The notes below the pieces were generated by a model that saw only the letters and a list, made by a program, of their open reading frames with translations, was not told the origin of the DNA and ran no database searches. Below, in pieces: positions 63,401-64,000 of a stretch of 64,000 nucleotides of DNA. The first letter of the stretch is position 1. Every line of letters begins with the position of its first letter. Origin of the DNA: Chiloscyllium plagiosum (taxonomy: Eukaryota); contig NC_057749.1 of the NCBI RefSeq assembly GCF_004010195.1, positions 12,392,591-12,456,590 of the forward strand, given 5' to 3'. A program made the position numbers and the translations under genes.

Positions 63401-64000
63401 CATCCAAATATTGATGATGATAAATTTTCTTGAACCCATTGAACAAATTCTTCACCATCCAAACCTTTAACACTACGGTAGCCATAGTCAATGTTTGGAA
63501 AATTAACATCCCCCATTATTGCAACCTTATTATGCTTACACATATGGGAGATCTCTCTCCATATTTGTTTCTCAATTTCCCTCTTACTATTGGGGGACCT
63601 ATAGTATAATTCCATAAAAGTGATCTTTCCTTTCTGATTTGTCATTTCTACCCATATATTTTTACTGGACGATTTTTCAGAAATATCTTGCCTAGTTACA
63701 GCAGTAATGTAATCCTTAATCAAAAAAGCCATCCCTCGCCCCCTTTCTTGCCTCCTTTTCTATCCTTCCTGTAGCATCTAAAACCTGAAGCATTGGGCTG
63801 CCAGTGTTGTCCATCTCTCAACCAAGTTTCTGGAATAGCTATGACAACCCAATCCCATGTTCTTAAATATGCCCCGAGTTCATCTGTCTCATCTGTAAGA
63901 CTCCTTGCATCGAAATAAATGCCATTTAGTTCTTCAGAGTTACCACATACTCTTGACTCTGTCTGTCTTTCTTTTCTATATGATGTGCTTTCCTCACATT
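60500..64000 (-). mobile_element. Degenerate CR1 LINE ORF2 (APE plus RT), continues past the window end, interrupted by a hAT element
   Basis: LYYRSPNS...MGDVNFP; QHGFVQGKSCLTNLIEFF; VDVVYLDFSKAFDKVP; SKFVDDTKIGG. Confidence 0.93.
60936..61678 (-). mobile_element. hAT (Charlie/Buster-type) DNA transposon, internally deleted, retaining the transposase C-terminus
   Basis: TIRs cagaggtgggggacct / aggttccctacccctg (13/16 match). 8-bp TSD tcccaacc / tcccaact. Minus-strand LQMELIELSEDDILKS and FSTTYCCESTFSYLTKIKTPLRSQMTDTHLEDQLKL (hAT dimerisation domain). Confidence 0.92.

Noticed and set aside
12400..64000. Exons of BBS4 or another syntenic neighbour
   Set aside because: No TPR-like or otherwise recognisable host-gene peptide in the ORF track or by eye; short exons could have been missed.

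Overview
Eukaryotic vertebrate DNA, very probably from a cartilaginous fish (shark), judged from HE1/V-type SINEs, Deu-type SINEs and abundant CR1 LINEs. It contains three N gaps (14322-14821, 21684-22160, 54343-54999). The only gene I can identify is ADPGK (ADP-dependent glucokinase) on the + strand. Six coding exons (exons 2-7, 759-9572) splice in frame through GT-AG introns, exon 1 lies upstream of the window, and a probable ~2.8 kb 3' UTR follows. The remaining ~51 kb is intergenic or intronic and is dominated by transposons: CR1 LINEs (one near full length with ORF1 and ORF2), L2, Tx1/L1, RTE, a hAT deletion derivative nested in a CR1, SINEs and minisatellites. The most interesting signal is a set of Penelope-like elements (PLEs): one GIY-YIG-coding 3' fragment and several ~180-240 bp ORF-less fold-back elements with target-site duplications. 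These carry minimal type I hammerhead-ribozyme motifs at or near their axis of symmetry. Also noted are four RFX X-box matches in non-repetitive DNA, a NAGNAG acceptor in ADPGK, a filled/empty paralogous site pair and a templated inverted insertion. All coordinates were read by eye and no alignment or database search was run.
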